Of a stretch of 64,000 bases of DNA, positions 50,170 through 61,323 are shown piece after piece. The first letter of the stretch is position 1; every line of letters starts with the position of its first letter. Under the pieces are notes generated by a model. It was not told where the DNA came from and ran no database searches. It worked only from the letters and a program-made list of their open reading frames with translations. The stretch is from the NCBI GenBank assembly GCA_050575255.1, contig JBNZDD010013720.1, forward strand, positions 5,366,196 through 5,430,195, given 5' to 3'. Source of the DNA: Harriotta raleighana. Its lineage: Eukaryota. The position numbers and the translations under genes are program-made.

Positions 50170-50400
50170 AACAACAACAAGAAAATTACAATTGTATAGC
50201 ACCTTTCACTTCAGGAGGACGTCCCAAGGCACTGGACAGCCATTGTTTCAGACCTGAGCTGGGGTTGGGGACGGGGAAGGTGGAGGAAAAGGGCGGCATT
50301 TGCGGTAGGACTTGAAGGAGGCCAAGGAGGGGGCAAGGCGGAGGGACTGCGGGATGGAGTTCCAGAGGTTGGGAGCAGAGTGGCAGAAGGCTCCAGTATT
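50170..50400 (-). mobile_element. L2 3' end
   Basis: ACAACAACAAGAAAATTACAATTGTATAGCACCTTTCACTTCAGGAGGACGTCCCAAGGCACTGG; minus translation AFCHSAPNLWNSIPQSLRLAPSLASFKS. Confidence 0.9.
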
Positions 50401-51539
50401 GCTTTTGTTTAGGTGGATAGTGTTCACATGTTCTCCCTTCTCTCCTCTTCTGCGCAGCCAATCACAGATTACCACATTTTGGCCATCATCCATATCATCG
50501 TGTCGAAGTGGATGTTCTCATTCTGTCAATCTAAAGGGTAATTTTTGGCTGGATCTTCAGACAAAGGGATACCACAGCCAATCCCAATCCTATCCTTATC
50601 TGATATCCACATGTTAATGCTTTCTATTAACCTACTAAATTCAACTTACGCACCTCACAACCACCAAGGACAATTTTGAAGACTTCAAAGTAGTCTGGCT
50701 CAAATTTGGCTATCTCAGCCCATTCTGACAATGGAACTTTCCCTTATTATTCTGTACAACTTTGTTTCATGCTGGGCAGTGGATTTATCAAATAAGCCAT
50801 CAGTTGAGCCCCAATTTGCATTCCAAGCACATGCACACATGGACACCAGTCCTGCAAATTGTTCCTGAAGCCATCATTTCAAAATAGAAAATAGTTTACA
50901 TCAATTAAGATTTGAAACAAAACCATTAATAACCAGTTGTTTCCATTCATTGAAATTAATTATATTCAAAGAATTGAAATCACATTTTTTGAGTGGAAAG
51001 ATATGCTATTCTCTTAATTTTCTCTTTAGTTATCACTGGTTTTGCTGGAAAGCATCGTAGTGACCAGAAATAACTGCTGCATGACGTGCTCCCAGGCATC
51101 TGATGACACTGTTGGGAGGCAGCTGGGGGGAATGACCCAGGGAACATTTTATAACCTCCCTGACCATACAATGGTGCAGCTGTGATTGATATCTCACAGG
51201 ACTGCATTGATCAATCCAAGTAACCAATTCCCTTTGCGATACTGTGGTGAATAATTTAGGCCGATTAGTAAAATAGCAATCCATCATAAAACCGTACCAA
51301 ACAAATCTAGTTTTAATGATCATTGTAAATTAGACCTGATGATCATCTATCCACAGTCACAATTTATTTTTCTTCAAAGTTAGTATCTTAATATTAGTGT
51401 GATCCCTTGAGATCTCACCAGGCATCTCTAGAATGTGTTGATCTGTATAGTGAACATATAAAGTTTGGGTGTAATTCAAGTTACTTTATGGGAATGTACA
51501 CCCTGAGAACACAGCTGTATCTGTGTATGAGTATGTGTG

Positions 51540-51927
51540 TAATAATATTATTTTAAAAATAAATAATAATAATAAATTGGTCACTCAATCTATGACGGTT
51601 TGTAGGGCCCTGCTATGTGAAATTGGCTGCCAAGTTTCAAACGCAAAATATACAGTCAATTCATTTAACAATATACAGTATGCATAGAACTGAATATATG
51701 GAGTCCTGCAGCTCAGTGGTTAGAGCACTTGCCTTACAAGTGAGAAATCTAGGTTTGATTCCAGGCAGGGCGAAACCTTGGGCACGTTTCCTGACTCCCT
51801 CGAAATTGTCTGCTGCATTTCGCCCACATATATACAGTCAATTCACTTTTCAGTATATTCTGTGAAGTACTTTGAGATGTCTAGAAGACGAGAGAAGTAC
51901 CATGTCAAATGCAAGGAATATTATTAT
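51540..51927 (+). mobile_element. SINE central fragment followed by an internally deleted SINE (51700-51927)
   Basis: Core at 51575-51665, then GGAGTCCTGCAGCTCAGTGGTTAGAGCAC head and tail CAAATGCAAGGAATATTATT. Confidence 0.85.
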
Positions 51928-54900
51928 GTCATCAATGATAAGTTGACCACTAAGGTTGCAAACAGAAATGTTTAAAAAGAAATACTTTACTGATTTAATT
52001 TGCTAAATCTACTAGATTATTTTACTTTCAAATTTGCCAAAATGCCACCAGCTGCATCCTAACCTACATCAAACTCAGCATCCTTATAACTCCAGTGTGC
52101 CACCATGGCATAATGGCATTACTTACAGTATGTTATGAAAGATCATGAAGTGTGTTGTAGATTACATAGATTGTCAATAATACAATGTTAATACACCAGT
52201 CTGCATCATAAGACTTGACTGGGAATCATTACAATCTTCAGTGCTGTGTTGAAATTTATTAAGTGTTAGTAACTCACACCCTTCAAGTCTTCCTTGCATC
52301 TGACTTAGTGTATAGAAGTGGCCTGAGATTGAGATGTCCTTGAAACTCAGGCACACCCGAGGCTGTGTGTTGATGTCCTCGAACAATTTTCACATAGTGC
52401 TAAAGAAGAAAAGCCACAGAAATCTAATTTATTATACCTTCCAGAAAAAAAAGCTTTCATACATTTCTCAACAGTTCAATGTATAAATAATGTGATGTAT
52501 GTAATGTACTCCAGGGTCTTTGATGTGATCCTATATGAGCACAACTGAAGGTTCCAGATTTTATCAATCATGTGTTATATAGTTGGTTCCACCAGGTATT
52601 CTCTATAAATGAACCCTGAACAAAACATTATAAATCACATACATGAATATGATATGGCTGTTCAAAAAGTTATTGACTCTGGTGACCTGCAGATGTGTTG
52701 TACTACATCACTGTTCACTCTTTTGTGTGTACATCAGTATATTGTTGTGTACATTTCTCTCCTATACCACTGGCTATAGGAGAGGGTTATTTGATTAACG
52801 CTCTGTTTCCTTATCCTTCATGCATGCATTAAGTATTCTCTAAAATATTTTTTCTGGAAAATAGTGCGTATACTCTTAAAATATATACAGCATAAAAATT
52901 TGGGATATTGATGATGAGCTTATCCTTTGTGAACATCATTCAGAATCTAACATTGAAATTGAATAAAGGATTCATAAAACATTAGGTATAAAAATCCTTC
53001 CAAATCTATATTTTCTCTGTCAAAGTTGTGCCTAATATAGGTTAATAGCTAATGTGTTCTTAGTAAAATAGGACATGGGTTTTGGCACCATCGTTAAATG
53101 TGTTTTTTTTGTGTGGAAAAAATCTGGGGTGATGCAGTGCAGAGCACACAAAAAAAATCCAGCCGTCAGAGGGTTACTGAAGACTAACAAATGCTTTCCC
53201 TGGCAGGGGTCCCCAGCTGGTGCACTGGCTTGGATGATTCACATTTTGCTTGGGAAAGCAGTTAACCTGCAGTCTATTTTGCAGTCAGGAATGGGTTTGG
53301 GGTCACTGAACAAGAGCTTTGATGATGCACTTGGGAATGCTCTTTGCTTGCCTGCAGACAAGGGCAGACTGTCATTGGCTCCATTCTGACCAGTGGATTG
53401 ATGAGTTTATGTCCAATGAGTAAATCAAGTGGTATGATTGGTCAGTACAAAGAATTGTGGGAACAGACCTTTAACAGGCAGCTGTCTTCTCAGATGATGT
53501 TCGTTCTCGCAGTTGAAGGAAATGAGTTTATTTGATTAATTAGAGCCAATATGAATTGATACCATTTTTTTTCCAAAAAAGGTCTTCATCAGTGTTTGAA
53601 GTGAGTCACAGATTGAAATGGAAATGGTTGTGAATTGCTCTGGGAGCAATGAGGCAACATCTGTTCATTTTGCATACATGTTGTTTGCACAGTTTTGATT
53701 AAATAAAATCAATGTAATTCATTTTTTTGACAGTCTTATAGTATCGTCCATCATTTATAGACACAGTTAAGCATATTGTTAAATTACTGATTCTTTGTCC
53801 ATAAAGACTGGATCTAGGCATAGACCCACACAGATGAGGCATATTTATTCAATAGTGCTTATTTGATAAATACAGTTTTTGAATTTCATTACATTTTATT
53901 TTGAGAATGTCAATATTCATGAGAATATTTTGAGAATGTTTTTTATATATGTTGCCTGTGCTGTATTAATCAGAGGCATTCATATTAACATATGAAATAT
54001 TTACCTGTGTTTTACAGTATTAGTAATGTATTGCATTACATGGTAATCTTATAGCTGACACAGAACCATTATTCGGTAAAGCTCACATAAGTTGTATTAG
54101 TTGGGACTATAATATTTAATATGACCTTTGAGTTATGGCAAACTTGGATAAGTCATATCATGCATGACTTATATAAAATTAAGTATAAGTTGGATTCTAT
54201 ATGACAAGCATATAAACAATACACAAATACTGAACTGGCTGGTGACATTAAGGCAAGATTTCTGTCTCGTGTTAACTCATGCATATTAAAGCTATGGTAG
54301 CCCATCCTATCCATATACAAAAACAAAAAATTACATTTGTGTAGCTCCTTTCATGTCTGGAGGGCATCCTAAGGTTCTGTCCTACATAAACAGTACCATA
54401 CCTCATGCAGAAAACATTTACCATTCTTTTACAAAGGTTATTACACATGGAGCAGGACTCTCCAACCTTTTTTGCTGTTGAGGGCTGAATACAGAACCAT
54501 GGAATACTGCCCTTCCTTCTTTTTCTGTGCTCTCCCTTCCTCCCCTCCTCTCTCTCTCTCTCTGTTACTCTCTCTCCTCCTTTACCTCAATCACTCTCTC
54601 TGCCCTCCTTCTCCCACTCCATCTCAATGTTTCTTCTCTCCCGTCTCCCCCCCTCTTTATGTTGTTAAAACGGCTATTGCATATAAATGTAAGTATTAAA
54701 TGTAAGTAAATTTTATAGAAAATTGAACAGGAATTTGGGATGTACGACTTAGGCGATTATACAATTCTTATACATCAGATTTATGTGAATTTTAACTGTA
54801 AATCTATTCCCAAAATATTGTTTGAACAGTGCAAATAGTGACACTATTGACACTATCCATAGCCAAGTTTATTCTTGTCAGTGCTCCAAGAACCATAGAT

Positions 54901-55679
54901 CGTGAGTTAAACAGATGATCTATGCAGCAATCTGCTTCTTTTTACATTACTGTTTCCTTTGGAGGTCCTGCTGAGTGATTGTTATACAGTATAACTTATT
55001 TATTGGGTTACAAGCTTGTGATAAAGCAACTTATTATGAAATTAGGAACTTTTTTGTTATTAATATTAGTGCTAGGTGTTGAAAACAAGCACTTTGTCCT
55101 CATTGTAATTGTCCTTATGTCTGTGTACTATATTGCATTCTCTTTTCTATATTAAGTACCCATCTCTGATTAAGAAGGCAGGGAGCAACCTGCTCCCAAG
55201 CCACCCCATCATACTATGCAACCAGATGGTAGGGTGTGTATGTGACAAGGCAAATTAATGTTCCCCTTTCACCTCCCATGGGGCAAGGTTCCCCTCTGCC
55301 TCCGGACTCCCCTAGTAATAGGAAACTGTGTGGCAAATTACAGAAACCTGAGTCTTATTATCCAGTGATTTAGTGTGTTGTCAATGCACTGACTGCTGCT
55401 TCACCAGATAATATAATGTGTTGGACTTTTTACCTTTGATTCAAAATCAAGTCTTTGTATCATTATCTTCTCTGTGTGAACAAAATCAGTATAGCTTTGT
55501 TTTCCACTAGGTAGCTGCTGAAGGAATATTTTAAACTCCAGTGAGTATATTCCTTAATCTCTGGGTTTTTATACACAATCATTCCATTCATCTAAGAAAC
55601 GATCATTTTCTACTCTTGATAACATCTAGTTGCTTGACAGCCTCGCCGCACCCTACCTTTGTAAAAACCCCTAACAACC

Positions 55680-56010
55680 TGCCCACTCCCTCTGCTCAAC
55701 GGGCTCTGGCCTGCTCCATGTCCCCCGACCCACCCAACCATTATTAGTGGGCAAACCTTCAGGTATTCTTCCCCTATTCTCTGGAGTTCCATCCCATAGT
55801 CCCTCCACCTTGCCCCTCCCTAGCCTCCTTCAATTCCCACTACAAAACCCACCTCTTTGACAGTCCCATCGGTCACCGCAAATCACTTCTTTTCCCTCTA
55901 CCCTCTCTAATCCCGACCCCAGCTCAGGTCTGAAATATTGACTGTCCAGCACCTTGGGATGTCCTCGTGACATGAAAGACTCTATACAATTGTAATTTTG
56001 TTATTGTTTT
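55680..56010 (+). mobile_element. L2 3' end
   Basis: CTCTGGAGTTCCATCCC...CCCCAGCTCAGGTCTGAAA...TGTCCAGCACCTTGGGATGTCCTCGTGACATGAAAG; same subfamily as the 50170 copy. Confidence 0.85.
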
Positions 56011-56029
56011 TATTGTTGACAGCAGTTGT

Positions 56030-56200
56030 TTATAATAAAATATTTGCATTTAATACAACACCTTATCAATATCAAAATATCCCCCAAACATCTTATACAT
56101 AGTTACTGTACTTTGAACTGTAGTTACTTTGTTATGTGGGAAAATCCAGCAGCTAATCTGTGCCAACAACATCCCACAACAAGCAATGAGTTGAATGACC
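56030..56200 (-). mobile_element. old Deu-SINE 3' fragment
   Basis: TTGTTATGTGGGAAAATCCAGCAGCTAATCTGTGCCAACAACATCCCACAA is the reverse complement of the Deu-like core. Confidence 0.6.
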
Positions 56201-56989
56201 AAGTATTCTCTTTTATAATGAATTTGGATTGGGAATATTGGCCATGGTCCCATGTGATCTATCGCTAGCGACAACACATGCAAAGTGAGAATTCTCAACA
56301 AAGGCAAGCTTCATTTTTAATTCAAGGCATCTTCTCTGGTATTCAAACAGAGAAGAAACTAGCTGTTTTTGAAGCAGAGTTTTGAACTGCCATTGACCAG
56401 GAATATACACTACTGACAATTGCTAAGCGTTCAGTAGATGTAACATTACAATGCCTGTACATTTTAGTACTGTATGTGTATTTTTGCAGAGTTGTGGATT
56501 TTGGTTTTATGCACATTAGGGCAGACATGATCTACAATGCATTAGTGTTATCTTCAACATCATTAGCCAAAGTGCTTATCTTAGTCATTCATTGTCATTC
56601 ATTTTTCAGAGTGCTAAACTAATGAGTACGTAGAGCTGTTTGTTTGTTGTTTGTATCTCAGCTAAAAATAGCTGAGTTTCTGATATCACACAACCTGCTT
56701 TTATTAAGTTTGCTGAAGATATTGTAGGATATCAACTGTTGTATTTGCCAACCCCAAAATATTGTGAAAATGGTCACTGTTGGTGTGTATATATCATAAT
56801 GTGGAATCACATGAAATTTTAAACCAGCGAAGTCTGGAAAAAGGCCAGGGCACAAAATGCCAGTGAGAAGTGTTAGGCAGCAAACATTGACAGCCTTTCA
56901 TCTTATAACTTTTACTGCTTTAGAATTTATGATATTATATTTTGCAAATCTCGCAGTTCGAGAATTGCAAAGCAGTACAACATTTAGGC

Positions 56990-57660
56990 GTCAAATTCAA
57001 TCCCCATTTATCCTTCCTTCCCCTTATCCAGTCCCTCACCAGCACCGCTTTCTTCCATCTCTGGCACATTGTCTCAGTCAAAATCTCAACCCAAAACCTG
57101 CCAAAAATCTGATCCATGTCTTTGTCACCTCTCAGCTGGACTTCTCTAACACCCTCCTTGTCGTTCTCACCAGCCACAAAATTCAGCTCATTCAAAACTC
57201 TGTCATCACCATTCTTACCCACACCAAACTTTGTACCCCTTATACTCCTGATTACCCAAATCCTTGCCATATTCCACTAGCTCCCTGTCACAAAGTGAAT
57301 GGTCTTCAAGATCCTCACGCTTGTGTTTAAATTCCTCTACTCCTCGGCACCCGCTTTACCTCTCTAATCTCCTCTCCCCTCACAACAGTTCCTGTTGCCT
57401 CTGTTCTACTGCGTCTGGCCTCCTTCTGATCCCCGAATCCTCTGCTCCACCTTTCGTGGCTGTGCTATCAGTCACTAAGCCCCCACCTCAACCCTGTCGC
57501 CTCACCTCCTCCTTTCTCATCTTCAGGTCGCACTTTCTTTTCAACCGCACTTATGGTCACCTTCACCCTCCCACTGGCTCAGCCTTGGGCTCTACCATTG
57601 TGAAGTGCTCTGAGATGCCATCCAGAGTGGAGGGCATCTCATAAATGAAAGTTGTTGTTC
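56990..57660 (+). mobile_element. L2 3' fragment
   Basis: AKNLIHVFVTSQLDFSNTLL...KIQLIQNS; tail AAGTGCTCTGAGATGCCATCC...ATAAATGAAAGTTGTTGTT. Confidence 0.88.
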
Positions 57661-58625
57661 TTGTAACAAGAGTCAGATTTGCAAATTTCATGTTTTAGAT
57701 CCCAGTCACTGTTTCTTGAGTCAACAGCCAATAACCCCATGGAACTTGTACATACTCTGTAGCTGAAATGATATAGGGTGGGGCTGCAATATATCCTAAG
57801 AATTAAACACTGCAAATGAAATGATAAATGTAGGTTGAATGCCTGACTTAACCTGACTTAAAGCTGCATAACACATATTTATTTTGGTTGGGTGTAATAA
57901 TAATGGTTTTCTACTTCTACTTAGCAGCTTTACCAAGCCTGTCTTTAATTGCTGTCTTCTTTAGCCATGCTGCTGAGTTGTTCTGACTCATTCATTGTAC
58001 AACATGTACTTTCTGCAATAGGTTGGACCCATTGAGATATGTTTTCATTTTCTGATCACAATCACTGCATTTTGTTTTGTCTGTTATTGAGCTTGACAAT
58101 ATATTTTTGTGGGCAATTGTCATTAAACTGGCAAGGGGCTCAGATGAGCAATTCTGACTGGCATCTGAATATTACAATTCAATTAATATCAATTCCACTT
58201 CCTGATATATTTGGTAATCTTTGTCACTGCTATTATTTTTTAGAACTAGGAAAGCAATCAGCAGAAATAGCGATTAAATCTACATTCTCTTGATATGGTG
58301 TCGCTCTATTTACTCTTTTTTTAAAACTAGGAAACAATAACCTTTTGTTTATTAAAATAATAAGTCTTAATGGGGTAAAATCGATAAATCTGCACCCTCA
58401 AGCTAATGTGTAACAAATATATCTTTGGCCTGCAGGCACCAAAAAAAATGCATTTCTCCTTCTGCCTCAGGATAGCTAAAATAATGAAAGCTCTGTACTC
58501 AATCTATACTCATACAGCAGGTGAAATAAGTACATCTCTTTCCCCTCACAGGTGAAATCATGTAAAATAAATAGTGTCTGCTATCCCATGCCAGTTAATT
58601 AAAATTGCTCTCTGCCATTCTGGAT

Positions 58626-59909
58626 TAGATTCATAGAATTCATAGATTCATAGAATTTTACGGCACAAAAGGAGGCCATTCAGCCCATCTAGTCTGTGCC
58701 GGCTCTTTGAAAAGAGCGATTTAATCCCACTGCCCTGCTCGCTCCCCATAGCCTAATAGACCTGTTCTCCCTAAATAAAGATCTAATTCCCTTTTAAAAG
58801 TTGTTATCGAATCAGCCTCCACCACCTTTTCAGGCAATGCATTCCAGATTCGAACAACTCGCTGAGTGAAAAANNNNNNNNNNNNNNNNNNNNNNNNNNN
58901 NNNNNNNNNNNNNNNNNNNNNNNNNNNNNNNNNNNNNNNNNNNNNNNNNNNNNNNNNNNNNNNNNNNNNNNNNNNNNNNNNNNNNNNNNNNNNNNNNNNN
59001 NNNNNNNNNNNNNNNNNNNNNNNNNNNNNNNNNNNNNNNNNNNNNNNNNNNNNNNNNNNNNNNNNNNNNNNNNNNNNNNNNNNNNNNNNNNNNNNNNNNN
59101 NNNNNNNNNNNNNNNNNNNNNNNNNNNNNNNNNNNNNNNNNNNNNNNNNNNNNNNNNNNNNNNNNNNNNNNNNNNNNNNNNNNNNNNNNNNNNNNNNNNN
59201 NNNNNNNNNNNNNNNNNNNNNNNNNNNNNNNNNNNNNNNNNNNNNNNNNNNNNNNNNNNNNNNNNNNNNNNNNNNNNNNNNNNNNNNNNNNNNNNNNNNN
59301 NNNNNNNNNNNNNNNNNNNNNNNNNNNNNNNNNNNNNNNNNNNNNNNNNNNNNNNNNNNNNNNNNNNNNNNNNNNNNNNNNNNNNNNNNNNNNNNNNNNN
59401 NNNNNNNNNNNNNNNNNNNNNNNNNNNNNNNNNNNNNNNNNNNNNNNNNNNNNNNNNNNNNNNNNNNNNNNNNNNNNNNNNNNNNNNNNNNNNNNNNNNN
59501 NNNNNNNNNNNNNNNNNNNNNNNNNNNNNNNNNNNNNNNNNNNNNNNNNNNNNNNNNNNNNNNNNNNNNNNNNNNNNNNNNNNNNNNNNNNNNNNNNNNN
59601 NNNNNNNNNNNNNNNNNNNNNNNNNNNNNNNNNNNNNNNNNNNNNNNNNNNNNNNNNNNNNNNNNNNNNNNNNNNNNNNNNNNNNNNNNNNNNNNNNNNN
59701 NNNNNNNNNNNNNNNNNNNNNNNNNNNNNNNNNNNNNNNNNNNNNNNNNNNNNNNNNNNNNNNNNNNNNNNNNNNNNNNNNNNNNNNNNNNNNNNNNCTT
59801 GTCCCTGATTATGGACTCTAGAAGTTTGCCCACTACCGAAGTTAGACTGACTGGCCTGTAGTTACCAGGCTTGTCCTTCTGCCCCTTTTTATACAAGGGA
59901 GTAATATTG
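58626..59909 (-). mobile_element. 5'-truncated CR1 LINE spanning gap 58874-59797
   Basis: NITPLYKKGQKDKPGNYRPVSLTSVVGKLLESIIRD before the gap; FFTQRVVRIWNALPEKVVEADSITTFKRELD after it; 3' UTR and tail match 16507-17152. Confidence 0.93.
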
Positions 59910-60024
59910 ATAGTGGATAGTGGCATTGAATTCATTTCAGTACCCCTGCCTTCTCCTGGGCATGTAAGAATAACATATACTGAGAAAAATTGTAGGGCAT
60001 TCATATAATTGAGGATTCAGGTTA

Positions 60025-60180
60025 TAATAATAATAATGATAAACCTTACATTTGGGATTATGACTTTCACATCAGTAGGATGTCCCAAAGCCCTTCACAG
60101 GGTGTACTGAAAAGTTCAATGACTAGGTGTTTTGTGGGTGGATGTGGCAGCCAATTTGCAAACAGCAATATCCCACAAAT
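60025..60180 (-). mobile_element. SINE 3' fragment
   Basis: GATGTCCCAAAGCCCTTCACAG...GGCAGCCAATTTGCAAACAGCAATATCCCACAAA. Confidence 0.75.
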
Positions 60181-60181
60181 G

Positions 60182-60500
60182 CAACAACAACTTCCACTTA
60201 TGTAGTGCCCTTCAGGCTGGGTAGCATCTCAGAGTGCTTAGCAATGGCAAAGCCTGACTCTGGGGGGAGGGGGGGGGGTGGAGGTTGAAGAGGAAGATTT
60301 TCAGGTGGGACTTGAAAAAGGAGAGTGGGGAGAGCAAAATGGAGGGATTGAGGGAGAGTATTCCAGAGTTTGGGGAAATAGTGGGTAGAAGTTCGACCTC
60401 TGATGGTGGGGCAGAGAATGCGATGGACAAGCAGGTGGCCAATGCGGGATTGAGAAGGTCAGAATGGTGGGGAGGTGGCAGAGAGTGGACGGATTTAAAC
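60182..60500 (-). mobile_element. L2 3' end
   Basis: CAACAACAACTTCCACTTATGTAGTGCCCTTCAGGCTGGGTAGCATCTCAGAGTGCTT; minus translation SFFKSHLKIFLF. Confidence 0.8.
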
Positions 60501-60889
60501 ACAAGTCTGATGAAATATCCATGAAATGAATGACATGTTATCTGGGAGGATTGTCGGATGGGCAGATTGTTGGAAAAGTTTGGAGTAAGGATAAATATGC
60601 ACTGCATGGTAAAGGATAAATTCCTCTGTAAATTGCCAGCTGAAAAAATTGGATGCTGAAATCAGAAGTTGAATAGTACCCCACCACTACAATTAGTGAA
60701 GTCCATTACCATTTTGTCATACCTGATGAACTGCAATATCCATCACCAATATGTACAGTACAAATAATTATTTTTACAAAAACAACAAAATTACATTTGT
60801 GCAGTGCCTTTCACTCGGGAAGATCATCCCAAGTCCCTATAATAGCTTATCACGTCAAAATTTCTCAAACCCCCTTTTCAAGTAGATCC

Positions 60890-61185
60890 TGTCAATGGTA
60901 GTGATTACTTTTGCAAGAAATCATACATCAGTCATTGCATCGGTGAGATCTCACACTGAGGTGATTATTTGAGCTTAATGATTTATTCATCTGAGAAAAT
61001 TGCTGGTCATAAAACTGGAGGACGTTCCTCTTTTTGACAAGTGTCAGTGGATCATCAACGTCTATCTGAAAAACTTGGTTTAGCATTTCATCTGAAGGAT
61101 AGAGGACAGCAACTCTAAAAATGCAGTGCTCACTTCTGCCATACTGGTGTGTGTATGATAAGCTCATGTCTGTCATGGACTGGGG
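60890..61185 (-). mobile_element. old Deu-domain SINE fragment
   Basis: GGATCATCAACGTCTATCTGA...CTTGGTTTAGCATTTCATCTGAAGGA...AATGCAGTGCTC resembles the reverse complement of the Deu domain. Confidence 0.6.
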
Positions 61186-61189
61186 CAAT

Positions 61190-61323
61190 TACTGTATGTA
61201 ATTGTCTGCTGCATTTCGCCGACAAACAAAAGGTCAATTCACTTTGCAGTATATTCTGTGAAGCACTTTGAGACGTCTAGAAGATGTGAAAAGCACAATA
61301 TCAAATGCAAGGATTATTATTAT
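61190..61323 (+). mobile_element. SINE 3' half
   Basis: GTCAATTCACTTTGCAGTATATTCTGTGAAGCACTTTGAGACGTCTAGAAGATGTGAAAAGC...CAAATGCAAGG(ATT)n. Confidence 0.88.

Noticed and set aside
52320-52390. Two small hairpins followed by ACA (H/ACA snoRNA-like)
   Set aside because: About 70 nt is too short, there is no ANANNA hinge and the stems are only 5-6 bp.
58721-60004. 427-aa and 331-aa ORFs
   Set aside because: Length comes from the N gap; the real residues are CR1 ORF2.
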